From positions 8,435 through 72,434 of the IMG/VR virus record IMGVR_UViG_3300047160_001842: DNA of 64,000 bases. One strand, written 5' to 3'. Positions 7,145 through 15,178 of the stretch are shown piece after piece (position 1 is the first letter of the stretch; each line of letters begins with the position of its first letter). Below the pieces are notes generated by a model, which was not told where the DNA came from, made no database searches, and saw only the letters and a list, made by a program, of their open reading frames with translations. This stretch comes from a virus. Taxonomy: Duplodnaviria > Caudoviricetes. The position numbers and the translations under genes were made by a program.

Positions 7145-8228
7145 TCCAGCCTCGCGCGACGGTCAACACCTGCTCGTCAAAGTGCTTCTTGAGAGCGGTT
7201 CCGTCGCTGAGGTTGGCGTTGGCCCAACTCGTCAGAAACTCGGTGGGCGTCTGAACACGGATCGACTCGTTGCGTCTGGACACCATCGGCGCATAGTCGC
7301 CAATCACGCCGTGCGTGGTCGATCCAACGTACACCGTGTTCACCATCCCCTTCTCGATCATCCGCTTCAACTCTGACGGACTCTCGGCGAGTAGCGCGCC
7401 GGGGTGGCGCTTGTCGAACAGTTCCATCAGCGCAGCCTTGATCAGTTCTGGCGACGAATACCTGGCATAGTAGAGGTCAGGGACGTCATCGTAAATCATC
7501 TGCGCCACTTCGTCGTGCCGCTTCGATTCGTACCACATGTCGCGCGTCAGACAACGCAGGTCCCAGTCGCTGACCGTCTGCCGGTCGCGCTCCAGCGAGA
7601 TGAACTCAGGCTTGACGTTATAGCCAAACTTTAGGTTGTGCTTGTCGCTGATGAGCAGTGAACCCACGTAGAGTTCACCGGGCCGGTCCAGCAGGATATC
7701 GCCCTTCATCGTCGGGATGGTCTGGCCGACTTCCGGCTGCATCTTCAGGCAGCAGCGCTCAATCGTCGCTCTGTCGGCATCGCTCAACCCTTCAACGATG
7801 AACGTCAGGCCGGTTCGCGAGCGCTTCTCAATGACCTCCTCGATGCACAGCAGATCGGTCCCATAGTTCTTGTTCATACGGAACATCGGCGTCCACGTGC
7901 GCTCGTTGTTGTAGATCGTGACCGGGTGGCCGATCCGGGTCAGGACCAGCAGGGCTATCTTGAAGCCCTCTCCGAACGAGCCGATGGCGCCTGAGTCGTT
8001 GGCCTTGCTGGTCGATCCGAGCAGGAGGTGATGCGGCTCCAAGCGTGAGTGCTCGCTTTTGAGCTCGAACGCCCATCCGCCGTCTTCTGCCGCAGGAATG
8101 AACGAGTACTGGAACGGCGAGTTGCTATCCAGAGAATTCTGGATGAGTTCACGCGCAGCTTCTGCCAAACCCCAGTGACTCACGTAGTCCTTGACGAGAC
8201 TCAACTCATACACTTTGTTTCCGAACAT
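7128..8228 (-). CDS. GHKL/HATPase-fold ATP-binding protein
   Basis: Bergerat motifs ARELIQNSLD and GSFGEGFK. Confidence 0.75.
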   Translation of the reverse strand: MFGNKVYELSLVKDYVSHWGLAEAARELIQNSLDSNSPFQYSFIPAAEDGGWAFELKSEHSRLEPHHLLLGSTSKANDSGAIGSFGEGFKIALLVLTRIGHPVTIYNNERTWTPMFRMNKNYGTDLLCIEEVIEKRSRTGLTFIVEGLSDADRATIERCCLKMQPEVGQTIPTMKGDILLDRPGELYVGSLLISDKHNLKFGYNVKPEFISLERDRQTVSDWDLRCLTRDMWYESKRHDEVAQMIYDDVPDLYYARYSSPELIKAALMELFDKRHPGALLAESPSELKRMIEKGMVNTVYVGSTTHGVIGDYAPMVSRRNESIRVQTPTEFLTSWANANLSDGTALKKHFDEQVLTVARGWINQRT

Positions 8229-8231
8229 TTC

Positions 8232-8573
8232 TTAGCTTTCTTCTGGCAACGGGATGATCTTGTATTCGCGATCCGGGTTGATGTCCTGGAACGTCTTCAT
8301 GGACGACTCGGCATCCTCGCGCGAGTACGGGCCGATGAGAACCCACTCCGTCCAGACCATGGCGGAGGAGTAGTTGGCGCCGTCATAGCAACGCCGCTGT
8401 GGATCTGTGTTCACCTCCACCTGCTGACGGAAGTAGAGTTCAACCACTTCCTTCTTCAGCGGCAGGGCGATCTGGGCACTGCCGATCAGCGCGGCTACAG
8501 CCGCCATGCTGCGATTCTTTCGGGCCACTGACTTGTCCACTCCCGGCCCGATGCTGTATGTCTTGGCGGCCAT
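8232..8573 (-). CDS. hypothetical protein
   Basis: RBS AGGAG, 113 aa. Confidence 0.65.
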   Translation of the reverse strand: MAAKTYSIGPGVDKSVARKNRSMAAVAALIGSAQIALPLKKEVVELYFRQQVEVNTDPQRRCYDGANYSSAMVWTEWVLIGPYSREDAESSMKTFQDINPDREYKIIPLPEES

Positions 8574-8581
8574 GTACGCTC

Positions 8582-8644
8582 CTACATCACAAGACTGGTG
8601 ACGAGATAGATCACGGCCACGAAGGCGATTGCTTCCGCGTACAT
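8582..8644 (-). CDS. 20-aa hydrophobic peptide MYAEAIAFVAVIYLVTSLVM
   Basis: Hand translation; RBS AGGAGG upstream; fills the intergenic gap. Confidence 0.5.
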   Translation of the reverse strand: MYAEAIAFVAVIYLVTSLVM

Positions 8645-8645
8645 G

Positions 8646-8960
8646 TCACCCTCCTGCGCTGCCGTAGTCAACAACGATGCCGCGAGCGACGCGCCTGACC
8701 GTATAGATCAGAACGCCGTTATCGTGAATCTCCGCTCGCGCGTGCTCCTCCTCGAACACCCGAACCACGGCGGCGCGTATCGCCCCCTTCTCGCTGGCGC
8801 TCGCGCCGTGGGCGCTGTGTTCGCCGCCACGCGCCGTCCCGTAGTACAGCGTCTTGTACGGGCGGGCGGCTCGCGGCTTCGTTTCCACGAGGTGGAGGTG
8901 TGGCCGCTTCGTTCTCGCGCGCCCTGTTTTCGCTCTCTGGTCTTTCTGTGCTGTGTTCAT
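8646..8960 (-). CDS. basic hypothetical protein
   Basis: ATGA-coupled to the upstream gene. Confidence 0.6.
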   Translation of the reverse strand: MNTAQKDQRAKTGRARTKRPHLHLVETKPRAARPYKTLYYGTARGGEHSAHGASASEKGAIRAAVVRVFEEEHARAEIHDNGVLIYTVRRVARGIVVDYGSAGG

Positions 8961-9274
8961 CGCTTTAGTACCTCACTAACTACGGTCAGAAAATCCCGCT
9001 CGCCACGTAGGCTGACGAGTCGGGAGCCTTCAACGCGACAGATGAAGAAGTCTCCATAGATCGGAATCAGCCCCATCGTCGTATTGACGGCGAAGCCACT
9101 GGACCGTTCTTTGAGAATCCCCTCCTCGTCGCAGATGCACACAAATCCTTGGCGCATCCGGATCAACTCGATGTACCCGCCGACTGCATCCTGCAGGGTC
9201 TTCAGATCGTCGTTGATCTTTTTGATTCTAGGAGTTTCACCGACGATGCAGTGAAGTATTTCAAGCTGCGGCAT
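8957..9274 (-). CDS. DUF3846-like protein
   Basis: DLKTLQDAVGGYIE...ICDEEG...IYGDFFIC pattern. Confidence 0.75.
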   Translation of the reverse strand: MPQLEILHCIVGETPRIKKINDDLKTLQDAVGGYIELIRMRQGFVCICDEEGILKERSSGFAVNTTMGLIPIYGDFFICRVEGSRLVSLRGERDFLTVVSEVLKR

Positions 9275-9449
9275 TGACTGTTCCTACGTTGTTACCGTAG
9301 AGCGCCATCCACGCCTTGATGACGGTGTTCGACTCGCAGGGCGTCAACCCCTCGTCCTTCAGCCGCGACTGGGTCGCGTGAATGGTTCGATCCTCGTCAG
9401 CCATGCTATCGACGATGGCGAGAAAGTGGTCCATTACTTCGCGGATCAT
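9261..9449 (-). CDS. hypothetical protein
   Basis: 62-aa ORF in a tight operon. Confidence 0.55.
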   Translation of the reverse strand: MIREVMDHFLAIVDSMADEDRTIHATQSRLKDEGLTPCESNTVIKAWMALYGNNVGTVNAAA

Positions 9450-9671
9450 TTAATCCTCCGTGGTGGTAGAAGCGACCACAACCATGTCACGCTCACCCTC
9501 GATGTTCAGCTGAACGAATTGGGCGTCAGTCATTCCGAGTTGTGGACAGTGGGCCAGAGCTTCGTTATCGACGGCGGTGACGTCGATTCCGACACTCCCA
9601 AGCCGGTCGCGACGATCTTTGACGGCTTCATCGCCGTGTATGTAGTTGAGCCTGGCTGTAACGATTCTCAT
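9450..9671 (-). CDS. hypothetical protein
   Basis: 73-aa ORF in a tight operon. Confidence 0.55.
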   Translation of the reverse strand: MRIVTARLNYIHGDEAVKDRRDRLGSVGIDVTAVDNEALAHCPQLGMTDAQFVQLNIEGERDMVVVASTTTED

Positions 9672-9699
9672 GTTCGGTTTCTTGGTTATCGTCGGTCAA

Positions 9700-9936
9700 T
9701 CACCGACCGTTTGAGTATACGCCAGATGGGTGGCCGCTGAGTGATCCTTTCTCGCGCTCCAGAGTGACGGTCTTGCCGCAATGGACACAGATTGCCTCGC
9801 GCTCGCTCGTCTTCCCGGTGGCAGGATCGAACGCCCACTGCCACTTGTGTTCGCGCTTGGCTGTGTCGCAGCGACTGTGGACCTCCCACTGTTCCAGCGG
9901 CATCGGCTTCTGTCCAGGATTCAGTGTCGCAAGCAT
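9700..9936 (-). CDS. small Cys/His-containing protein
   Basis: RBS AGGAG; CVHCG motif. Confidence 0.55.
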   Translation of the reverse strand: MLATLNPGQKPMPLEQWEVHSRCDTAKREHKWQWAFDPATGKTSEREAICVHCGKTVTLEREKGSLSGHPSGVYSNGR

Positions 9937-9982
9937 ATTCTGCTCCTATTGAGTGGGAGGATATCTTATGAGTTGCAAACAT

Positions 9983-10006
9983 GGACACGCGAACATAGGC
10001 CATAAT
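9983..10006 (+). promoter_or_regulatory. putative late promoter GGACAC-N12-CATAAT
   Basis: Same hexamers and spacing recur at 15145-15168. Confidence 0.6.
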
Positions 10007-10040
10007 CCTCTGCGCTCGACAACTTCGATCACCTACGCCT

Positions 10041-13000
10041 ATGTTCAAAAAGATCGCCACTTGGCTCAACCCCAAGCAGGACTTTGTCGATGAAGCGAAA
10101 ACGCCGACTCCACCGACAGAGGCCAAGGCAGTCGATCCTCTCGATCCACTTGATGCAAAATCACGGCACACGCCGTGGCCTGAAGACAAGCTTGCCTTGG
10201 CCTTCGTCAAGGTTTCTGAATTCCCCACTTTCGACGGCCTTGCTGGCGGTGAAGTCCAGCAGGCGCGCGTCATGGATGGCGCCATCGCGAAGTCGAAAGC
10301 CACAATGGACATGCTCAGCGGCTCCAACGATAGCGAAGGGTCGCTGGGGCTTGCTATGAAGGGTGGTGGCTCGTTCCTCGGCGTTCCGGAGTCTCTTGGC
10401 CTCTGGTATATGTCGCAGGGCTTCTTCGGCTACCAGGCTTGCGCAATCATCGCCCAACATTGGCTCGTGGATAAGGCCTGCTCGATGTCCGGCGAAGATG
10501 CCGCGCGTAACGGGTGGGTTCTGTCCGCTCGCGGCGGTGATGAGGATTTGTCCAAGGAAGATCACGACAAGCTGCTGGCTGAGGACAAACGATTCAAGAT
10601 CAAAGAGAACCTGGTGGAGTTCAACCGGTTCAAGAATGTCTTCGGCATTCGCATCGCCATCTTCAAGGTCAAGTCGTCCGATCCGCTCTATTACGAAAAG
10701 CCGTTCAATCTCGACGGCTGCGGCATGGGCTGCTATGAGGGCATCTCCCAGGTGGACCCTTACTGGATGACGCCTGTGCTGACTTCGGCTGGTTCCAGCG
10801 ATCCGTCCACCATCGGCTTCTATGAGCCGCAGTACTGGGTGATCAACGGCAAGAAGTACCACATCAGCCACCTCGCAATCGTTCGTGGGCCGCAGCCAGC
10901 AGACATTCTGAAGCCCACGTACATCTTCGGCGGCATCCCGCTCACCCAGCGCATCTACGAACGGGTGTATGCAGCTGAGCGGACGGCCAACGAGTCTCCG
11001 CTGATGGCAATGTCCAAGCGGACAATGGCCATCCACGCCGACCTCGACAAGGTGTTGGCCAATCAGTGCGAGTTTGAGGAACGTCTCGCCCTGTGGATTA
11101 AGTACCGGGACAATCACGGCGTGAAGGTGCTTGGGACTGAAGAGTCCATGGAGCAGTTCGATACGTCGATGACGGACTTCGATTCCATCATCATGAACCA
11201 GTACCAACTGGTGGCGGCAATCGCGCGGACTCCGGCCACGAAGTTGCTTGGGACCTCGCCGAAGGGCTTCAACGCCACCGGTGAATTCGAGTCCAAGAGC
11301 TACCACGAGGAGTTGGAGAGCATCCAAGAGCACGTGATGCAACCAATGCTGGAGCGGCATTACGAGTTGTCTGCGCGCTCGATTGGCCTCCAAGTGCAAC
11401 TCGACGCCGTTTTCAATCCTGTCGATTCCGTCTCCACCAAGGAACGCGCCGACCTGAACAAGCTCAAGTCGGACATGGGCGTGGCGCTCATCAACGCAGG
11501 CGTTATCTCGCCAGAAGAGGAGCGCCAGCGTCTGCAAGACGATGAGCACAGCGGCTATGACCGCCTTGCGGAAGGACAAAGCGCTGAGACGGAGCCGGGG
11601 ATGTCGCCGGAGAATCTTGCGGCACTCCAAAAGGCTGGCGCCGCAGAAACGGCTGCAGAGAATCCAGCCGCTCCGAACCGGCCCCAACCCGGCGCGCGGG
11701 CGGACGTTGTAGAAAGTGTTCCTGGCCAATCGCCTGGGACGCTTGCGGCCCTCCTCCCACTCCTCCTCTCCGGTGTGTCTACGGACCCAGGAAAGCCGCC
11801 CGCCGACCCCACCATGGCAGCGCTGCTCCTCGTTCTGGCGAAGATGGCTGGCGCGACGGCTCCGGCGAATGACTCACCCACGAACGGATTCAGCGTTCAA
11901 CCGTCAGTCAAAGGATCGGTTAAGGGAGGCATCCAGCGCGGCATTGCCCAGGATGACGGCGAAGTCGTCCGAAAGATGCCGCAGCACAAGTTGCCGAAGA
12001 TGCGCTTGAACGGCCTCAACCTCGTCATCGAGAATCCGCGCGGAACGATCCGCACCGGTATCGATCTTGACGGCGTGGAGTGGGCTTCTCAAATGCCCGA
12101 CCACTACGGGTTCATCAAGGGATACATGGGTGCGGACGGCCAGGACGTGGACTGCTTCATCGGCCCCAACCTCCGTGCCAAGTACGTTTTCGTAATCTCA
12201 CAAAAGTGCCCTGAGACCGGTGAGTTTGACGAGTACAAGTGCATGTTGTGCTACGATACACCGGCGCACGCGGTCGCGACCTACAACATGGCGTACACGC
12301 CTGACTGGGACGGCTTCGATAGCCTGCTGGAGCCGATGGACTGGGACGAGTTCAAAGAGTGGCTGGAGTCTGGCGCGGCTGCAGAGGCTCCGGTGCATAC
12401 GATATCCATGGCAGATGCGGCCGAGTGGAAAGAGTCCGATCACCCGCGCGCCAAGAACGGTCAGTTTGGATCGGGTGGCGGCGGTGGAGGTGGCTCCAGC
12501 AACAAGGGCGGTCTGGGCTCGGAAAAGGCTGGCGGCCCCACGGCACTCAACAAGAAGCTCGGCGCCAAGAAGGACGCCCTGCCCGCGCTCGCGAAGTCGC
12601 TGCACGAAAAGACAGGCAAGATTCCATCATCGGCTGAGTTCCACAAAGCCGCAACGGAGATGGGCTTCAACATCATCCAGGCTCAGTCGGACAAGTACCT
12701 GAAGATGTACAAGCCGGGTGCTCCCGCTCCGTCAGCGCAAGCGGTCAAAGCTGCGGCTGCGGCACCGCTTCCGCCCGCCTCCGATCCGAAGCCGCCAGTG
12801 GCGCAACCGGCTCAGACGGTCCAGGCCGATCACAAGAAGGAATCGGCTGACCTTGCGAAGTTCTACAAGAAGGATTCGCCCACTGCGCTGGCCGAGTGGT
12901 ACGCTGGCGCCGTCGGATATCCCAAGGAAGGAGTCTACAACGGCATAGCCTACTTCAAGGCTGCGAGCGGTCAAAAGGTGAGCTACAAGGAAGACACGGA

Positions 13001-13742
13001 CACCTGGATGGCCATGGGTCCGGACAAGAAGGTGTTGGCACAAGGATCAGGCGTCAAGTCGATGATGGAGTGGGCTGCAAAAAATCAGCAACCAGCCACA
13101 GCGCCAGCATCGACCACCGCGCCTTCCGCGACGGTCCACAACACGTCAACCGAAAGCGCCAAGACCTATGGCCACTCGGCTGTGCCGTATGAGAAGTTCA
13201 CGTTCTCGACAAAGGGCATCGCTACTGAGAGTGCGTTCACTTCGAAGGTCAAAGAAGCTATCAAGGTCTATCGCGGCAGCGGATACAGCACGATCAATGA
13301 CGCGATGCGATATAGCGCGCACTTCGATCCAGACACCGTCAGTCCGCAAACGATGGCTCACATCCTGAACCTCCAGCGCGCGTTCGCCCAAGTGCCGCCG
13401 ACGCAGAAGGATGCATCTGTCGTTCGCAAGATCAAGACGGATGCCCTCAAGGCGCTGGCCAAGGATGCCGGAGTGAAAGACCTCAAAGACCTCGCACCTG
13501 GGATGGTGTTCCGCGAGTCCGGTGTTATGTCCACGTCGCATGGCGAGATTGGATGGAGCGGGGACGTTAAGCTATCGATCAAGATTCCGAAGGGCTCAAA
13601 GGCAATCGACCTTAGCGAGACGATCAACACAGGTGAGCAAGAGGTGATGCTACCTCCGGATTCGAAGTTCAAGATCACCAACGTCACCAACACAAACGGC
13701 AAGCACCACATCGAGTGCGAGTTGTTGCAACACCACCACTAA
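10041..13742 (+). CDS. portal protein (DUF1073/anti-CBASS-annotated-like portal family) with C-terminal cargo: pyrophosphatase-like domain, HPR motif and ADP-ribosyltransferase
   Basis: N-terminal ~510 aa portal motifs (LAARTP.TKLLG.SPKGFNATGE..., position after terL); GADGQDVDCF PPase motif; WKESDHPRAKNGQFG; R1129, S1164-T-S, E1199-Q-E ART motif. Confidence 0.88.
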   Translation: MFKKIATWLNPKQDFVDEAKTPTPPTEAKAVDPLDPLDAKSRHTPWPEDKLALAFVKVSEFPTFDGLAGGEVQQARVMDGAIAKSKATMDMLSGSNDSEGSLGLAMKGGGSFLGVPESLGLWYMSQGFFGYQACAIIAQHWLVDKACSMSGEDAARNGWVLSARGGDEDLSKEDHDKLLAEDKRFKIKENLVEFNRFKNVFGIRIAIFKVKSSDPLYYEKPFNLDGCGMGCYEGISQVDPYWMTPVLTSAGSSDPSTIGFYEPQYWVINGKKYHISHLAIVRGPQPADILKPTYIFGGIPLTQRIYERVYAAERTANESPLMAMSKRTMAIHADLDKVLANQCEFEERLALWIKYRDNHGVKVLGTEESMEQFDTSMTDFDSIIMNQYQLVAAIARTPATKLLGTSPKGFNATGEFESKSYHEELESIQEHVMQPMLERHYELSARSIGLQVQLDAVFNPVDSVSTKERADLNKLKSDMGVALINAGVISPEEERQRLQDDEHSGYDRLAEGQSAETEPGMSPENLAALQKAGAAETAAENPAAPNRPQPGARADVVESVPGQSPGTLAALLPLLLSGVSTDPGKPPADPTMAALLLVLAKMAGATAPANDSPTNGFSVQPSVKGSVKGGIQRGIAQDDGEVVRKMPQHKLPKMRLNGLNLVIENPRGTIRTGIDLDGVEWASQMPDHYGFIKGYMGADGQDVDCFIGPNLRAKYVFVISQKCPETGEFDEYKCMLCYDTPAHAVATYNMAYTPDWDGFDSLLEPMDWDEFKEWLESGAAAEAPVHTISMADAAEWKESDHPRAKNGQFGSGGGGGGGSSNKGGLGSEKAGGPTALNKKLGAKKDALPALAKSLHEKTGKIPSSAEFHKAATEMGFNIIQAQSDKYLKMYKPGAPAPSAQAVKAAAAAPLPPASDPKPPVAQPAQTVQADHKKESADLAKFYKKDSPTALAEWYAGAVGYPKEGVYNGIAYFKAASGQKVSYKEDTDTWMAMGPDKKVLAQGSGVKSMMEWAAKNQQPATAPASTTAPSATVHNTSTESAKTYGHSAVPYEKFTFSTKGIATESAFTSKVKEAIKVYRGSGYSTINDAMRYSAHFDPDTVSPQTMAHILNLQRAFAQVPPTQKDASVVRKIKTDALKALAKDAGVKDLKDLAPGMVFRESGVMSTSHGEIGWSGDVKLSIKIPKGSKAIDLSETINTGEQEVMLPPDSKFKITNVTNTNGKHHIECELLQHHH

Positions 13743-13744
13743 TC

Positions 13745-14044
13745 ATGCCGCAGCTATATCAATCGGCGGAAGACCTCAACTCTGAAGCCGTCATGGAGAC
13801 GGTTCTCGCAGCCACAAAGGCAGGCCTAATTCAGCAAGTCGTTGACGAGGGCCACGTGTTCTGCGCCAGGCCGGATTCGATGGAGCTTGTCGATGTCTTT
13901 CCGGACGGCTCTTGGGAGTACCAAAACGCCCTGGAAGACGGAGACATGGTCACGATGTCCGGCGCCAACGCAATGCTGCTGGCCATGTACCTATCCAGCG
14001 ACGAAAACAAAGCCTTGTTCGAGAAAGAGCAGGGCGGCGAGTAA
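13745..14044 (+). CDS. small acidic protein, candidate immunity/antitoxin for the ART
   Basis: 99 aa, 19 D/E versus 4 K/R; starts 2 nt after the ART stop; its TAA overlaps the next ATG. Confidence 0.6.
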   Translation: MPQLYQSAEDLNSEAVMETVLAATKAGLIQQVVDEGHVFCARPDSMELVDVFPDGSWEYQNALEDGDMVTMSGANAMLLAMYLSSDENKALFEKEQGGE

Positions 14045-14901
14045 TGGCGTTCCAAGCGCGCAAGACTCGTGAGCGGAAACGCCCTGATCCAGTCGGACAG
14101 GGCAAGCCGCTTACGCCAAGCGCGCCGATCCGCATTTGGTATCAGAACCAGATGTGGTCGGTTGTGAAGCCGATGCTGGAGGACTATCGAACCACCATCA
14201 AAGCGGCCCTAGAAGACCCAGAGGTGGCTCGTTTCTATGCGATGGACGATACCTCTACCATCCTTCAACGAACGCTCAACGCGCTCAACAAGAAGTGGTC
14301 TGATATCTTTCGCGGCTTCGCTGCTCAACTGTCGCCGAAGTTTGTTGCGAAGGTGGACGCGCAATCGAAGTCGTCAACGTGGTACAGCCTCAGCGCGGCA
14401 GGTGTCGAGCAGCCGCGCCAAGCATACACAGAGTCCGTCGCCAACACCCTCCAGTCGTCCGTGGACTTCAACCACACTCTGATCACCAAGATTCAAGAGG
14501 ATGTCCACGAGGAGCTTTACAACTCAATCATGCTTTCGCTGACCTCTCCGAATCCGGAGGAGCAGGGTATGAGTGGTATCCAGAACGCCCTCAACAAGGT
14601 CGGCATCACATCGAAGAAGCGCGTGGACCTTATCGCCCGCGATCAGAACAGCAAGGTGTATACGTCCCTGGCCACTGAACGCATGCGGCAGAACGGCGTT
14701 GAATACTTCGAGTGGATGCACTCTTCTGCCGGCAAGGTGCCGCGCCAGACCCACGTGGACAAGGATGGAATGGTGTTCCAGGTGGACGATCCGCGCCTGT
14801 GGACCGGTCCAAAGGCAGACCAAGGCCCACCGGGCTGGGCAATCAACTGCCGGTGTCGCATGAAGCCCCTTATCGGATACAACCCGGAAGACGACGAGTA
14901 G
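14044..14901 (+). CDS. head morphogenesis protein (MuF/SPP1 gp7 family), no toxin extension
   Basis: LIARDQ...YFEWMHS...RQTH...PPGWAINCRC motif. Confidence 0.9.
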   Translation: MAFQARKTRERKRPDPVGQGKPLTPSAPIRIWYQNQMWSVVKPMLEDYRTTIKAALEDPEVARFYAMDDTSTILQRTLNALNKKWSDIFRGFAAQLSPKFVAKVDAQSKSSTWYSLSAAGVEQPRQAYTESVANTLQSSVDFNHTLITKIQEDVHEELYNSIMLSLTSPNPEEQGMSGIQNALNKVGITSKKRVDLIARDQNSKVYTSLATERMRQNGVEYFEWMHSSAGKVPRQTHVDKDGMVFQVDDPRLWTGPKADQGPPGWAINCRCRMKPLIGYNPEDDE

Positions 14902-14913
14902 TTGGAGGTCAAT

Positions 14914-15120
14914 ATGCCGCTGATTCAAAGCTCATCGAACAAGGCCAGGTCTGAGAACATCGGGCGCGAGATAAACGCAGGCAAAGACCCAAAGCAAGCT
15001 GCGGCCATCGCCTACTCCGTCCAGCGGAAGAATGCCGGTGATATGGCGGCAATAAAGGCCAAGATTCGAGATGCCGTGAAGGTGCTTCGCGCGCTCGATG
15101 CCGCGTTGTCCAAGAAGTAA
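14914..15120 (+). CDS. small basic head-module protein
   Basis: MPL..SSS....[18 protein letters not shown] pattern typical of DUF2213 head modules. Confidence 0.7.
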   Translation: MPLIQSSSNKARSENIGREINAGKDPKQAAAIAYSVQRKNAGDMAAIKAKIRDAVKVLRALDAALSKK

Positions 15121-15144
15121 TAGTGACGCACATTTCGTCGGCTA

Positions 15145-15168
15145 GGACACTAGCTGCCGGGACATAAT
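15145..15168 (+). promoter_or_regulatory. putative late promoter GGACAC-N12-CATAAT
   Basis: Identical architecture to 9983-10006; 10 nt before the protease ATG. Confidence 0.6.
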
Positions 15169-15178
15169 ACACGGCGAC

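Noticed and set aside
10161-11729. Long antisense ORFs (also 21001-22884, 36060-37175, 39714-40787, 47922-48944, 56600-57985)
   Set aside because: They shadow well-supported genes on the other strand, have no RBS or recognisable motifs, and are expected in GC-rich DNA with biased codon use.
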